Shown: positions 27,879 to 37,813 of the stretch, piece by piece | Numbering within the stretch: position 1 is the stretch's first letter | Layout of the letters: every line of letters begins with the position of its first letter | Assembly (NCBI GenBank): GCA_902595065.1 | Contig: CACJOM010000001.1 | Span: 323,463 to 387,462, forward strand | DNA: 64,000 nt | Direction of reading: 5' to 3' | From: an uncultured SAR86 cluster bacterium | GTDB lineage: Bacteria; Pseudomonadota; Gammaproteobacteria; Magnimaribacterales; D2472 | Made by a program: the position numbers and the translations under genes | The notes under the pieces: generated by a model | The model's database searches: none | What the model saw: the letters and a program-made list of their open reading frames with translations, nothing else | What the model was told of the DNA's origin: nothing

Positions 27879-28438
27879 ATATTTAAAAAATTTTTAATTA
27901 ATTGCATACCATGATCGGTATCTATTGATTCGGGATGAAATTGTACGCCATATATAGGCCTAGAGACATGCTCGACTCCCATAATGATTGCAGAATCATT
28001 AACAATTGTAGATGTAACTTTTAACTCTTTGGGTAAAGTTGAACGATCAATTATAAGACTATGGTATCTGACCACTGAATATGGGTTAGGGATATCTTGA
28101 AATAATACTGAATCAGAATGATTAATAAAAGATTTTTTACCGTGAAATACTTCTGGAGCCTTAATGATTTTAGCTCCAAATGCTGCACCAATTGATTGAT
28201 GGCCTAAGCAGACACCTAGTAATGGAACTTGAGATTCTTGAACAATCTCTACTGAAACTCCTGCTTCCGTTGGAGTACAGGGACCAGGAGAAATAACAAT
28301 TTTTTCAGGATTGAGAGAATGAATTTCATCGATAGTTAATTCATCGTTTCTTTTGACCAAAACTTCATAATTGCACTCTCCAATATAATGTACCAAGTTA
28401 TAGGTAAAAGAGTCGTAGTTATCTATGATTAGAATCAT
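27875..28438 (-). CDS. trpG: Anthranilate synthase component II (glutamine amidotransferase) TrpG/PabA
   Basis: MILIIDNYDSFTYNL, GVCLGHQ (catalytic Cys) and QFHPES. Confidence 0.95.
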   Translation of the reverse strand: MILIIDNYDSFTYNLVHYIGECNYEVLVKRNDELTIDEIHSLNPEKIVISPGPCTPTEAGVSVEIVQESQVPLLGVCLGHQSIGAAFGAKIIKAPEVFHGKKSFINHSDSVLFQDIPNPYSVVRYHSLIIDRSTLPKELKVTSTIVNDSAIIMGVEHVSRPIYGVQFHPESIDTDHGMQLIKNFLNI

Positions 28439-29901
28439 GAGATCATCTCCATAGCATCCATAAATACTTTAGATTTTTGCCTACACTCTAGCCATTCATT
28501 TTCAGGAATAGAATCAGCAACCACTCCTGCCCCTGCCCCTACATGAATTTTTTTATCCTTAATTACGGCAGTTCTAATTGCTATGGCCGTATCCATATTT
28601 CCATTCCATCCTATGTAGCCTATTGCTCCTCCATATATGCCTCTTGAGCTTGGTTCTAATTCATTAATTATTTCCATGGCTCTAATTTTAGGAGCGCCTG
28701 ATAATGTTCCTGCCGGCAAGGAAGCTTTAAGCACATCAAAATAACTCAATCCAGAAGCAATCTTTCCCATCACATTCGAAACGATATGCATAACATGAGA
28801 ATATTTTTCAATGGTCATTTTATCCGTAACACGAACTGAGCCAATTGCAGAAACGCGCCCCACATCATTTCTTCCAAGATCAATAAGCATTAGATGCTCG
28901 GCTATTTCTTTTGGATCATTGAGTAGGTCATCTTCATTAAGTTTATCTTCTTTAGGGTTTTCTCCCCTCTTTCTGGTTCCTGCCAGAGGCCTTAAGTTGA
29001 TTTCATCATCTTCAAGTCTGACTAAAATCTCAGGAGATGCCCCAACTATCTGACATTCGTCTAAGTCTAAAAAATACATGTAGGGAGAGGGATTTAATTC
29101 ACGTATTGCTCTATATAAATTAAAGGGATCATTATCAAAGTTAGCTGAAAAATCCTGCGCTAATACAACTTGCATTACATCACCTTCTGAAATGTAATTT
29201 TTAATAGTATTTACGGCATCACAATATCCTTTTTTTGTAAAATTTGATTCAAACTCAAAACAGTTTGTAATTGGTTTAAATTCTTTAGCTTCAATCTTTG
29301 CTTTCCTGGTTAATATTTTCTCAATATCATCTAATTTAGATTGAACAAACTCATAGGTCATATTTGCCAAATTTGCATTAAAAATAATTTGAGTTGAATT
29401 ATTTAAATTATCAAAAATGATAAGTTGCTCTGCTTTCACAAGCATAATATCTGGCATATGCTCTTCAAACTTAGAGTCTTTACCTGGCAACAATGCTATT
29501 TTATTCTCAGCATATTGGGCACTTTCATAAGCAAAAAATCCTATGTAGCCACCATGAAATCTTGGTAAATTTTCAATTTTAGGCGAGCGATTCTTTGAAA
29601 TAATTTCTTCAATTGCTTGAAGGGGGTTTTCAGCTTCAAAGATATCCCTACTTCCATCAATAATTGTTTCAATTTTTTTTCCAGAAATTTTAATTGTATC
29701 AATACAACCAAATCCAATAATTGAATATTGAGCCCATCTATCTCCGCCTTCTACTGATTCAAACAAAAAATTATTTTGTTGATTGGCTATCTTTGAGTAT
29801 AAGGACAAAGGAGATTCTCCAGGAGCCATTATTTCTCGACACATGGGTAATACTGTGTAATCAGCATCTTTAAATTTTTTGTATTCTGTATTTGTGATCA
29901 T
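28435..29901 (-). CDS. trpE: Anthranilate synthase component I TrpE
   Basis: FLFESVEGG, the chorismate-binding C-terminus (GTLSGAPKIRAMEII, GGAIGY) and 488 aa. Confidence 0.95.
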   Translation of the reverse strand: MITNTEYKKFKDADYTVLPMCREIMAPGESPLSLYSKIANQQNNFLFESVEGGDRWAQYSIIGFGCIDTIKISGKKIETIIDGSRDIFEAENPLQAIEEIISKNRSPKIENLPRFHGGYIGFFAYESAQYAENKIALLPGKDSKFEEHMPDIMLVKAEQLIIFDNLNNSTQIIFNANLANMTYEFVQSKLDDIEKILTRKAKIEAKEFKPITNCFEFESNFTKKGYCDAVNTIKNYISEGDVMQVVLAQDFSANFDNDPFNLYRAIRELNPSPYMYFLDLDECQIVGASPEILVRLEDDEINLRPLAGTRKRGENPKEDKLNEDDLLNDPKEIAEHLMLIDLGRNDVGRVSAIGSVRVTDKMTIEKYSHVMHIVSNVMGKIASGLSYFDVLKASLPAGTLSGAPKIRAMEIINELEPSSRGIYGGAIGYIGWNGNMDTAIAIRTAVIKDKKIHVGAGAGVVADSIPENEWLECRQKSKVFMDAMEMIS

Positions 29902-29913
29902 GAATTTTCTTAA

Positions 29914-30342
29914 TTAAAGATTGATTTTATCTCCAACTGAAATTTTATTAGCTGCAAACCATCCCTGATTAACTTCTACTGCCATTCTAACGTTCTGCAC
30001 GGAGCAGATTGAGTCCTCCGAGAATGGGACCATATCATAAATCTCTAAAATCCTGCCATCGGATGAGATATAAGCTACGCTGAGAGGCAGTGATGTGTTT
30101 TTCATCCACATGCATTGTTTCTTGCTTGATGGCCAAATAAAGAGCATACCAGTATTTTTTTCTAGGTAAGCTTGATTCATTAAACCTTTTCGCCTGGTAG
30201 CATCAGTATTAGAAATAATTAAATTTAACTTTGCGTTTTTACCTTCAAAACTCATCTCTAGAGCAGCAAAAGAAGTTGCAGAGAATAAAACTAATGAGAG
30301 ATTAAGTAATTTTTTGACGGAAGCTTTTAATTGTTTTCTCAT
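29914..30342 (-). CDS. DUF192 domain protein, exported
   Basis: The GLM...L...GMLF.....MWMKNT..PL..A pattern is typical of DUF192. ATG at 30342 gives a signal peptide (MRKQLKASVKKLLNLSLVLFSATSFAA). The longer ORF-track start at 30438 would sit inside rpe. Confidence 0.65.
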   Translation of the reverse strand: MRKQLKASVKKLLNLSLVLFSATSFAALEMSFEGKNAKLNLIISNTDATRRKGLMNQAYLEKNTGMLFIWPSSKKQCMWMKNTSLPLSVAYISSDGRILEIYDMVPFSEDSICSVQNVRMAVEVNQGWFAANKISVGDKINL

Positions 30343-30982
30343 AATCTGATGATCCAAAAATAGCAGAACCTGCAACAAAAACATTTGCTCCTGCTTGCGA
30401 AACTCTAGAGATAGTTTCGTTATTAATGCCGCCATCAACTTCTAAGAAAATTTGATGATCTTGTTGATCAATAAGTTTTTTTGCTTCAGAAATCTTTTCA
30501 ATCGTATCTTCAATAAATTCTTGGCCGCCAAATCCAGGATAAACACTCATTAACAAGATCAGATCTATTTCACCAATGATATCTTGAAGTACAGATAGGG
30601 ATGTATCTGGATTGATCGCGATGCCAACTTTGCATCCGCATTGCTTAATAAGCTTAATAGTCTCAGGCACGTTATCCACGGCTTCGGGGTGAAAACTAAT
30701 GAGATCTGCGCCAGCATCTGCAAAACTCTTAGCCAGTTCATTTACAGGAGTAATCATTAAATGAACATCTATAAAATCTTTTATGCCGTCATCTCTTAAT
30801 GACTTACATACCATTGGACCAACGGTAAGATTGGGCACATAGTGATTATCCATTACATCAAAGTGTATCCAATCGGCACCAGCCTGCATGACAGAATTTA
30901 CTTCTTCTCCAAGTCGAGCAAAGTTTGCTGATAAGATCGAAGGCGCAATCAAAGAATTAGAATTCATTAGGTTAATTTTCAT
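30302..30982 (-). CDS. rpe: Ribulose-phosphate 3-epimerase
   Basis: IAPSILSANFARLGEE, HFDVMDNHYVPNLT, VNPGFGGQ-type (YPGFGGQEF) and VDGGI motifs. Confidence 0.96.
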   Translation of the reverse strand: MKINLMNSNSLIAPSILSANFARLGEEVNSVMQAGADWIHFDVMDNHYVPNLTVGPMVCKSLRDDGIKDFIDVHLMITPVNELAKSFADAGADLISFHPEAVDNVPETIKLIKQCGCKVGIAINPDTSLSVLQDIIGEIDLILLMSVYPGFGGQEFIEDTIEKISEAKKLIDQQDHQIFLEVDGGINNETISRVSQAGANVFVAGSAIFGSSDYEKTIKSFRQKIT

Positions 30983-31643
30983 CTTTTAAAACTTTCCTTG
31001 CAAGCTTTAATCTATCCTCAGTTCCAACATCTATCCATAATGAATCATCAAAATGAGCGGAAACTCTAGATTCCGCGATCAAAGGTTTCAAGATAGTATT
31101 CCAGAGATCGAATGGATGCTTTTTTGATAGATGCGCATCTAAAATATTTGGATTAAGTACCGATATTCCTGAATAAGTAAAATCATTTTTTCCATCATTT
31201 ATATAAACAGAACTTCCTTTCATTGAAAAATCTCCTCTTTGATTGTGTTCAGGGTTTTTCACTGCAACCAAATGAGCCGCTTCAACAGTTGTAGGCAGCT
31301 GATAAAAAGATAAGTCAAAAATAATATCTGCTGTTGAAAGTATAAAGGGATCATTTCCTAAAAAATTCTTTGCGTTAACTAATGCCCCGCCTGTTCCATA
31401 CGGAAAAGGCTCTTCTATAAAGATGATTTTAGATATCGCATCAATTGATTGAAGAGATTCCTTTATCTGATCTCCAAGATGAGAGACATTAATTATAAGT
31501 TCACTAACCCCAAAAGAAACTAACTGATTTATCGATCGTTCTATCAATGAAATTCCACCTACATCTATAAGCGGTTTAGGCAAATTATCTGTTATAGGCT
31601 TCAGTCTTGAACCAAGTCCAGCTGCTAAAATCATGGCTTTCAT
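30972..31643 (-). CDS. murU: Nucleotidyltransferase, MurU-like (N-acetylmuramate alpha-1-phosphate uridylyltransferase)
   Basis: MKAMILAAGLGSRLKPITDNLPKPL is the sugar-1-P nucleotidyltransferase motif. The amgK-murU pair sits beside lptD, as in Pseudomonas. Confidence 0.75.
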   Translation of the reverse strand: MKAMILAAGLGSRLKPITDNLPKPLIDVGGISLIERSINQLVSFGVSELIINVSHLGDQIKESLQSIDAISKIIFIEEPFPYGTGGALVNAKNFLGNDPFILSTADIIFDLSFYQLPTTVEAAHLVAVKNPEHNQRGDFSMKGSSVYINDGKNDFTYSGISVLNPNILDAHLSKKHPFDLWNTILKPLIAESRVSAHFDDSLWIDVGTEDRLKLARKVLKDEN

Positions 31644-32449
31644 AAGTATGTCAATTTATCCTCTAATGCCTGTGAGACATTATCATTAAGAAAATTTGCC
31701 AAACTTAATTGGTTTAATTCCTTTGATATTATTGCTGTATTTAAAGCTATTTGAGGTAAATCATTCATTCTGAATGAACGATTGAATTGAAGATAAAGTG
31801 CGGTTAGGGTTCCCATGATCCTTAAATTTCTTTGCAGGCCTCCCCATAAAGTTGCACTAAAAATATCTTCAGGAGACAGATCATAAATGGAAAGTTCTGA
31901 AAAACTGATGCAGTATCTTTTTAAAATGTCTATCTTACATGGAATATAGTGATCGATCAGAATCCCTGCCAAATCAATTCCTATTGGCCCAAAACACATG
32001 TCTTGAAAATCAATCAATGCAAGGTCACCATTATCTAAAAGGTGAATATTTCTTCTTTCAAAATCAAAATGACAGTTCGTCCATTGTTGATCCATTATTT
32101 GCGGTCTCATATCAACATAAAGATCTTTGTACCCGTCAAACATATCAAGTCCAAGAAAATCATTGCAGAAAATTTTTGAAAATTTCTTTGAGTGCGATTC
32201 TAAACCCATCCAAAAGGTAGAATGTAAATCGACATGTCTTGCTTGATGCATTTGATTAAGAAGCTTTAATGATGAATGAACTAACCCTTCTTGTTGATAA
32301 AAATTTTTTTCATCAATCAAAGAATGATCTCCAAGATCTTCTAGTACAGTTAGATTGCTATCGACTTCATATTGATAGATCTTGGGAACTCTTACACTGT
32401 AGTCGGATAATTCATTTGCTCGATTAATAAAAACTAACTGGCCATTCAC
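31640..32449 (-). CDS. amgK: Aminoglycoside-phosphotransferase-fold kinase, AmgK-like (anomeric MurNAc/GlcNAc kinase); true start probably upstream (see finding)
   Basis: Kinase catalytic region (HFDFERRNIHL..., LIDFQD) and synteny with murU/lptD. The frame stays open to 32611 and encodes the expected N-lobe motif EASGRKYYRV, but it has no ATG/GTG/TTG there. The ORF-track start at 32449 is a GTG. Confidence 0.7.
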   Translation of the reverse strand: MNGQLVFINRANELSDYSVRVPKIYQYEVDSNLTVLEDLGDHSLIDEKNFYQQEGLVHSSLKLLNQMHQARHVDLHSTFWMGLESHSKKFSKIFCNDFLGLDMFDGYKDLYVDMRPQIMDQQWTNCHFDFERRNIHLLDNGDLALIDFQDMCFGPIGIDLAGILIDHYIPCKIDILKRYCISFSELSIYDLSPEDIFSATLWGGLQRNLRIMGTLTALYLQFNRSFRMNDLPQIALNTAIISKELNQLSLANFLNDNVSQALEDKLTYL

Positions 32450-32600
32450 TTCGCTATCATCATGTGAAATGACATAAGAAGATCTTTGAGAGGAAACTCT
32501 GTAGTATTTTCTTCCACTCGCTTCTATTTTTAGGGGCTCTAATGAAGTTAGATCCCCATCAAAAGTTTGGGCATACTTAAGTATGTGGGCTTTTGATATT

Positions 32601-33458
32601 TCAGCTATTTTCTATCTCCGAAGGTAATGGCGTATCATCTGGCAAAAAGAAATCCAAAGCTAATTCAGCAAATGGCACGTCTGCATATTTAGAAAAATCT
32701 CTGATTCCTGAATCATATAAAACTAAGTCATCAATGCAAAAGTTGCCAGTAAAAGTCGAGGAATCTTTTGTAAAAATTTCATACGCAGCATCTGCCATGA
32801 TTTCTGGAGTTCTAGAAATATTCATTAATTCTTCACCGCCCAAAACATTTTTTACAGCTGCAGTTGCAATTGCAGTCCTTGGCCATAAACCATTGACAGC
32901 TATGCTGTCAGGCTTCAATTCTTCAGCCATACCCAAAACACACATACTCATGGTGAATTTTGCCATTGTGTAGGCTAAATGAGGGCCAAACCATTTTGGT
33001 TTCATGTCAAGAGGAGGAGCTAAATTTAATATATGAGCGTTATTGGATTGCTTTAGATGTTGAATGCAATATTTACTTACTAGGTAAGTGCCCCTGCCAT
33101 TAATTTGATGCATTAAGTCATATCGTTTCATATCTGTATCAGGGGTACTTGTGAGCGATATTGCTGATGCGTTATTCACACAAATATCGATTCCACCAAA
33201 GTGAGATACCGTTTGCTCAACAGCATCTCTAACATTCATCTCATCGCGCACATCTAAAATAATGGGCAATGCTTCACCACCTGCAGCTACAATTTCATCT
33301 GCTGCAGTATATATAGTCCCTGGAAGCTTTGGATGAGGCTCTGCTGTTTTTGCTGCCAAGACTATCTTTGCGCCATCTTTAGCTGCACGTTTGCCTATTT
33401 CAAGACCTATCCCCCTACTGCCGCCTGTAATAAATAAGACTCTGCCTTTTAAATCCAT
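32601..33458 (-). CDS. Short-chain dehydrogenase/reductase, HSDL2-like
   Basis: ITGGSRGIG, NNAS and YTMAKFTMS (YxxxK). Near-colinear similarity, from memory, to the SDR domain of human HSDL2 (AAKTAEPHPKLPGTIYTAA..., FTGNFCIDD). Confidence 0.8.
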   Translation of the reverse strand: MDLKGRVLFITGGSRGIGLEIGKRAAKDGAKIVLAAKTAEPHPKLPGTIYTAADEIVAAGGEALPIILDVRDEMNVRDAVEQTVSHFGGIDICVNNASAISLTSTPDTDMKRYDLMHQINGRGTYLVSKYCIQHLKQSNNAHILNLAPPLDMKPKWFGPHLAYTMAKFTMSMCVLGMAEELKPDSIAVNGLWPRTAIATAAVKNVLGGEELMNISRTPEIMADAAYEIFTKDSSTFTGNFCIDDLVLYDSGIRDFSKYADVPFAELALDFFLPDDTPLPSEIENS

Positions 33459-33561
33459 TTTATGTCTCCAACTTTTGTAATAATTATTGCATGATGTTGC
33501 ATTTTTAAACTGGTTGATGCAAGTTAAAGAATTATTATAAGCATAAGAAGTGAGGACGACT

Positions 33562-34158
33562 ATGAATGTAGATTTTATTTTTGACTTTGCAAGTCCAAAT
33601 GCCTACCTATGTCACAAGGCAATTCAAAATATTGAGAAAACTCATGATATAAAATTTAACTATATACCCTGCCTTTTAGGCGGCATCATGAAACTGTCGA
33701 ACAATCAGCCTCCTATGATCACTTTGGCTGAAATTCCAAATAAATCAAAATATGAGTTTGATACTGCTTTTAATAGATTTATGAAGGAACATAACATCAC
33801 AAAATTTAAAATGAATGAACACTTCCCTGTTAATACTATATCCCTTATAAGAGGCGCCATAGTTGCACAAAAAAATGATTTTTTTGATTCTTATGTTGAA
33901 ATAGTTTTAAGTGGACTATGGGAGCAATCTCTTAAACTAGATTCGCCTGAGACGCTTCATGAATTATTAACCAAGAATGATTGTCATGCAGATCAGGTTA
34001 TTGAGGGTATTGCTAAAGATGAGATTAAAGCTGAGCTAATTGCTAATACAAGTGAAGCTGTTGAAAAAGGAGCCTTCGGAATCCCAACATTTTTTGTAGA
34101 AGATGAAATGTTTTATGGAAAAGATACTCTAAGAGAGCTTAAGGAAATGTCTTCCTGA
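33562..34158 (+). CDS. 2-hydroxychromene-2-carboxylate isomerase family / DsbA-like thioredoxin-fold protein
   Basis: DFIFDFASPNAYL at the N-terminus and a C-terminal GAFGIPTFFV. ATG at 33562 follows GAGGA, and the GTG at 33550 is less likely. Confidence 0.7.
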   Translation: MNVDFIFDFASPNAYLCHKAIQNIEKTHDIKFNYIPCLLGGIMKLSNNQPPMITLAEIPNKSKYEFDTAFNRFMKEHNITKFKMNEHFPVNTISLIRGAIVAQKNDFFDSYVEIVLSGLWEQSLKLDSPETLHELLTKNDCHADQVIEGIAKDEIKAELIANTSEAVEKGAFGIPTFFVEDEMFYGKDTLRELKEMSS

Positions 34159-34166
34159 AACGTTAA

Positions 34167-36491
34167 TTGTTGAAATTTACTGAATCACAAACTCATCCTA
34201 AAAAGAATTTTTTTATATTTCTTTTTATAATCTTTGCTAATTTTCAATTAAATGCATCTATTTTTGATGAGCCAAAATCACCAAATCCTTCGCCATTTGA
34301 AGGTTGTAAAAACCCAAATTTTCCCGAGTTAGATATTCATTATGAATCTGGTTCTGTCGATGCTGGAAAGATAGATATTGAATCAAATGGAGACCTAAAG
34401 CTGAATGAGGATGTTTTGATTGGACTTGATGAGGGCATTATTAAAGCTTCTAGTGCAAGCTATCTGCAAAATCAAAATTTTGTAAAAGATATAAAGAATG
34501 GAAAAATCTACTACTCTGAAAACTACTTCAAATTTTTGAATGGCTCTTTAAAAAAAGATTCTGGAACCTTAAAGTTAGTTGAAGGAGAGTCATATTTAAA
34601 AGAAAGAAATTTATTAATTCGATATAGGTCGTTAGATGGAAACTTAGGTAAAAATCTTAGATTCCAAAATGCCAATCTCAGCTCTTGCAATAATAGTTCC
34701 GAGGGTTGGGAGATTATAGCAAAGACAATTGTTGTCGATGATGAATCAGATCGTGGTCATATTGAGGATCTGACACTTAAAGTCCTTGATAAGACAATTC
34801 TAACGCTACCTTACTTACCCTTTGCAGCAACAACAGAAAGATTAAGCGGGTTTTTAGAGCCTGAATTGAGTTTTACATCTGATGGAATTGATCTTTATCT
34901 ACCATATTATTGGGTTTTGTCTAAAAAATCAGACCTTACTATCGCCCCAAGAATATTGAAGGAGAGAGGTAATGGTTTAGAGGCAAATTATAGGTATTTA
35001 ACCCAATCAAATTCAAATTCTTCAAATTTTTTTGATTTAATATTTTTTCCAAAAGATAAGGAATACAGAAAAAAATATACACAAGCTGACAATGACAGAT
35101 GGGCTTTTCGTTTAAAGGAAGAAAGAAGCTTTTCAAGCATTACAACTGCTATCGATTGGGCTAAATCTTCTGATTCAATGGTGTTACTTGATTTGCCTTC
35201 AAGTCTTATAAATATAGCCAATCAACGAGATCATTATCTTTCACAATCAGTTTCGATAAATATGATGATAAATAATTTCTCCGCAAATATTATGCGGCAA
35301 GGTTTTCAAAGCTTGAATCCGTTCATAATCAATGGATACATAAAAAAACCAGAAGTAAACCTTGAATACAAAAAATATGGCCCTTTGCTTTCATATTTTG
35401 CTAAAGCAAATTACGTAGATTTTAGTACAAATAAGGACAAGTATTTACCTATAAATATTAATAGGGATAATCAAACTGGAAAACGATTGATTGCAGAAAT
35501 TGGAATGGAGACTCTGTATGATCTTGAATATATTGACTTATCAATCAAGGGACTGCTTTTAAATAAAAAATATAACCTCGATAATGCAAAAAATAATACT
35601 AAGACTACCTCAATTCCAACAATTGAAATAAAAATCTCCTCTTTTCTAAGGCAGTCATATAAAAAAGGTCTTGCCCTTTTAGTGCCGGAGATTCTATATC
35701 AAAAAACAAACTATAAAGATCAATCAATGGATCCTATTTTTGATCTTCATCAACAAAATATTGGGAACTTAAATAGGTTAAATTCAAAATATTTTTTCGG
35801 TAAGGACAGAGTTCCAGATACTGAATTTTTACTTGCTAGACTAAAGTGGCAAAAAAAGATTAACAGTGATGCCAGATTCAACCTTCAAATAAGTAAAAAA
35901 AATGAATTAGAAGCGAGCAAAGTTATTAATGAAATGCTTAATTATTATGTTGAAAGAGACAGTCAAGTTGGCACAGATTTTTCATATGAGAATAAGAAAC
36001 TTAGAGCATATTTTTCTGCTAATTATTCACAAAAAAGAAATAAACTTAATTTTGGAATGACAGGAGTAGAAATTAAGCTTCCGGAAACGCGCCTTACTTT
36101 TTCAAGAAACTTTCAAGACAATATACCCCTTTTAAATTATTCAAATAGGCTAGATTATGCAGAATTCTCAATAGAAAAATTTATGTCTAATGGCTATAAA
36201 TTTATCGGCGGGATAAGTAAAGATTTTGATTCTAATAAAAATTTAGAGACTTATTTTGGTTTTGGTTATGAAAACTGCTGTTTAGCTTTTAAACTTTACA
36301 CATCAGATAAAAGATTATCAAAATACAATCTTCTTGATTTTCATGCTTTGCAACCTCATGATGCTGACTGGAATAAGATGATTGAAATCGAAAATAAAAG
36401 CAGGATTAATTTTGAGTTTGAGTTAAAGGGATTAACTGGTAGCAATAAAAGACTAAACAGCTTCTTCTCTAATGTTTTCTCGAACCTTTGA
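34167..36491 (+). CDS. lptD: LPS-assembly outer membrane protein LptD
   Basis: A 774-aa exported protein with an OstA-like N-terminal region and a long beta-barrel-like C-terminus rich in Y/F/N. It lies directly upstream of surA-pdxA-rsmA. TTG start. Confidence 0.85.
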   Translation: MLKFTESQTHPKKNFFIFLFIIFANFQLNASIFDEPKSPNPSPFEGCKNPNFPELDIHYESGSVDAGKIDIESNGDLKLNEDVLIGLDEGIIKASSASYLQNQNFVKDIKNGKIYYSENYFKFLNGSLKKDSGTLKLVEGESYLKERNLLIRYRSLDGNLGKNLRFQNANLSSCNNSSEGWEIIAKTIVVDDESDRGHIEDLTLKVLDKTILTLPYLPFAATTERLSGFLEPELSFTSDGIDLYLPYYWVLSKKSDLTIAPRILKERGNGLEANYRYLTQSNSNSSNFFDLIFFPKDKEYRKKYTQADNDRWAFRLKEERSFSSITTAIDWAKSSDSMVLLDLPSSLINIANQRDHYLSQSVSINMMINNFSANIMRQGFQSLNPFIINGYIKKPEVNLEYKKYGPLLSYFAKANYVDFSTNKDKYLPININRDNQTGKRLIAEIGMETLYDLEYIDLSIKGLLLNKKYNLDNAKNNTKTTSIPTIEIKISSFLRQSYKKGLALLVPEILYQKTNYKDQSMDPIFDLHQQNIGNLNRLNSKYFFGKDRVPDTEFLLARLKWQKKINSDARFNLQISKKNELEASKVINEMLNYYVERDSQVGTDFSYENKKLRAYFSANYSQKRNKLNFGMTGVEIKLPETRLTFSRNFQDNIPLLNYSNRLDYAEFSIEKFMSNGYKFIGGISKDFDSNKNLETYFGFGYENCCLAFKLYTSDKRLSKYNLLDFHALQPHDADWNKMIEIENKSRINFEFELKGLTGSNKRLNSFFSNVFSNL

Positions 36492-36568
36492 GGAAATAAA
36501 GTGTCTTAGTGATTAAATTTTCTTTATTCAATTCCTCTGCGAACATTTAATTAAGTACAATAGTTATT

Positions 36569-37813
36569 ATGAAAAAATATATTTATATTGCTCTGTCAAT
36601 CTTAGTTATGTTGCCTGTGAAGGCAAAAATTGAAATCCTTGATAGGGTTGCAATTATTGTTGGTGAAGGAGTGGTCCTTGAATCACAGGTTAAAAGCATG
36701 CTTGAAAATATTGAGAAAAGATACCAAGAACAAAGCGCTCCCATGCCTCCAAAAGAAATTATCATGGAGCAGATACATGAACGCCTTATTATTGAAGAGC
36801 TGCAATTACAATTAGCTAATAGAGCCGGAGTAAGGGTAAGCGATGGGGAATTGAATAATGCTTTTGAAAGGATTGCAGCAAATAACAATTTAAGCCTTGA
36901 AGAGTTCATTCAAACCTTGGAAGTTGAAGGAGAATCATATGAATCTTTAAGATCACAAGTCAGAAAAGAGATGGTGATTCAGAGAGTCCAACAAGGTAGA
37001 GTGAGTCAAGAAATCAATATCACAGAACAAGAATTAGAAGGCTTCTTGCAGACGGATGTAGCAACCAGGGAATTGTCTCCAGAATTATTTTTAAGACAAG
37101 TGCTTGTTTCAAGTGAAGAGTTAGCAAACAAAATATTAAATAGAATTTCTGAAGGTGAAGATTTTTCAGATCTTGCCAAGCAATACTCAACAAATAGTTT
37201 AGCTAGCAAAGGTGGTGAAATGGGTTGGAGAAATCTTGCTGACTTGCCAAGCCTCTTTGCGATCGAGCTAAAAAATAAAAAAAAGGGATATATTTCACGT
37301 CCGTTAAAAGGTGGGTCAGGTTTTTACATATTAAAAATTGAAGACAAACGCGGAGATCTTGTGCGCTTTGAAGAGCAGTGGTCTGCTAGGCATATTTTGA
37401 TGATGCCAACTAAATTAAGAGATAAGACATTCACTAAAAAAGAATTAGAAGAAGTAAGGATTAGGGCTCTAGAGGGCGAAGATTTTTCTCTACTAGCAAA
37501 AGAATTTTCTGAAGATCCAGGCTCTGCCAGTAGAGGTGGTGATCTTGATTGGTTGAGTGTTGGTGAGACTGCACCAGCTTTTGAAAAAATGATGCTCGAA
37601 ACACCATTAATGGAACTCTCACCAGTTTTTGAATCTGAATTTGGATTTCATTTCCTCCAAGTACTTGATAAAAGGACTGAGGATCTCACTGAAGAAATGA
37701 TAAAAGACAGAGCTTATGGAATTTTATTTTCTCAGAAATATGATGAGGAATTAGAAAATACCCTAAGAACCATGCGAGCAGAAGCTTTTGTAGAATTTAA
37801 AGAATTAGATTGA
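36569..37813 (+). CDS. surA: Periplasmic chaperone / peptidyl-prolyl isomerase SurA
   Basis: Signal peptide, the SurA N-domain (DRVAIIVGEGVVLESQV) and two parvulin domains (GGEMGW, GGDLDW). Confidence 0.93.
   Translation: MKKYIYIALSILVMLPVKAKIEILDRVAIIVGEGVVLESQVKSMLENIEKRYQEQSAPMPPKEIIMEQIHERLIIEELQLQLANRAGVRVSDGELNNAFERIAANNNLSLEEFIQTLEVEGESYESLRSQVRKEMVIQRVQQGRVSQEINITEQELEGFLQTDVATRELSPELFLRQVLVSSEELANKILNRISEGEDFSDLAKQYSTNSLASKGGEMGWRNLADLPSLFAIELKNKKKGYISRPLKGGSGFYILKIEDKRGDLVRFEEQWSARHILMMPTKLRDKTFTKKELEEVRIRALEGEDFSLLAKEFSEDPGSASRGGDLDWLSVGETAPAFEKMMLETPLMELSPVFESEFGFHFLQVLDKRTEDLTEEMIKDRAYGILFSQKYDEELENTLRTMRAEAFVEFKELD

Noticed and set aside
30343-30438. N-terminal extension of the DUF192 ORF to 30438.
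   Set aside because: It would overlap 137 nt of rpe. The ATG at 30342 gives a proper signal peptide followed by the DUF192 core.
32593-32973. 126-aa plus-strand ORF antisense to the HSDL2-like SDR.
   Set aside because: It is fully nested in a gene with near-colinear similarity to a known SDR family, and it has no start context or motifs of its own.
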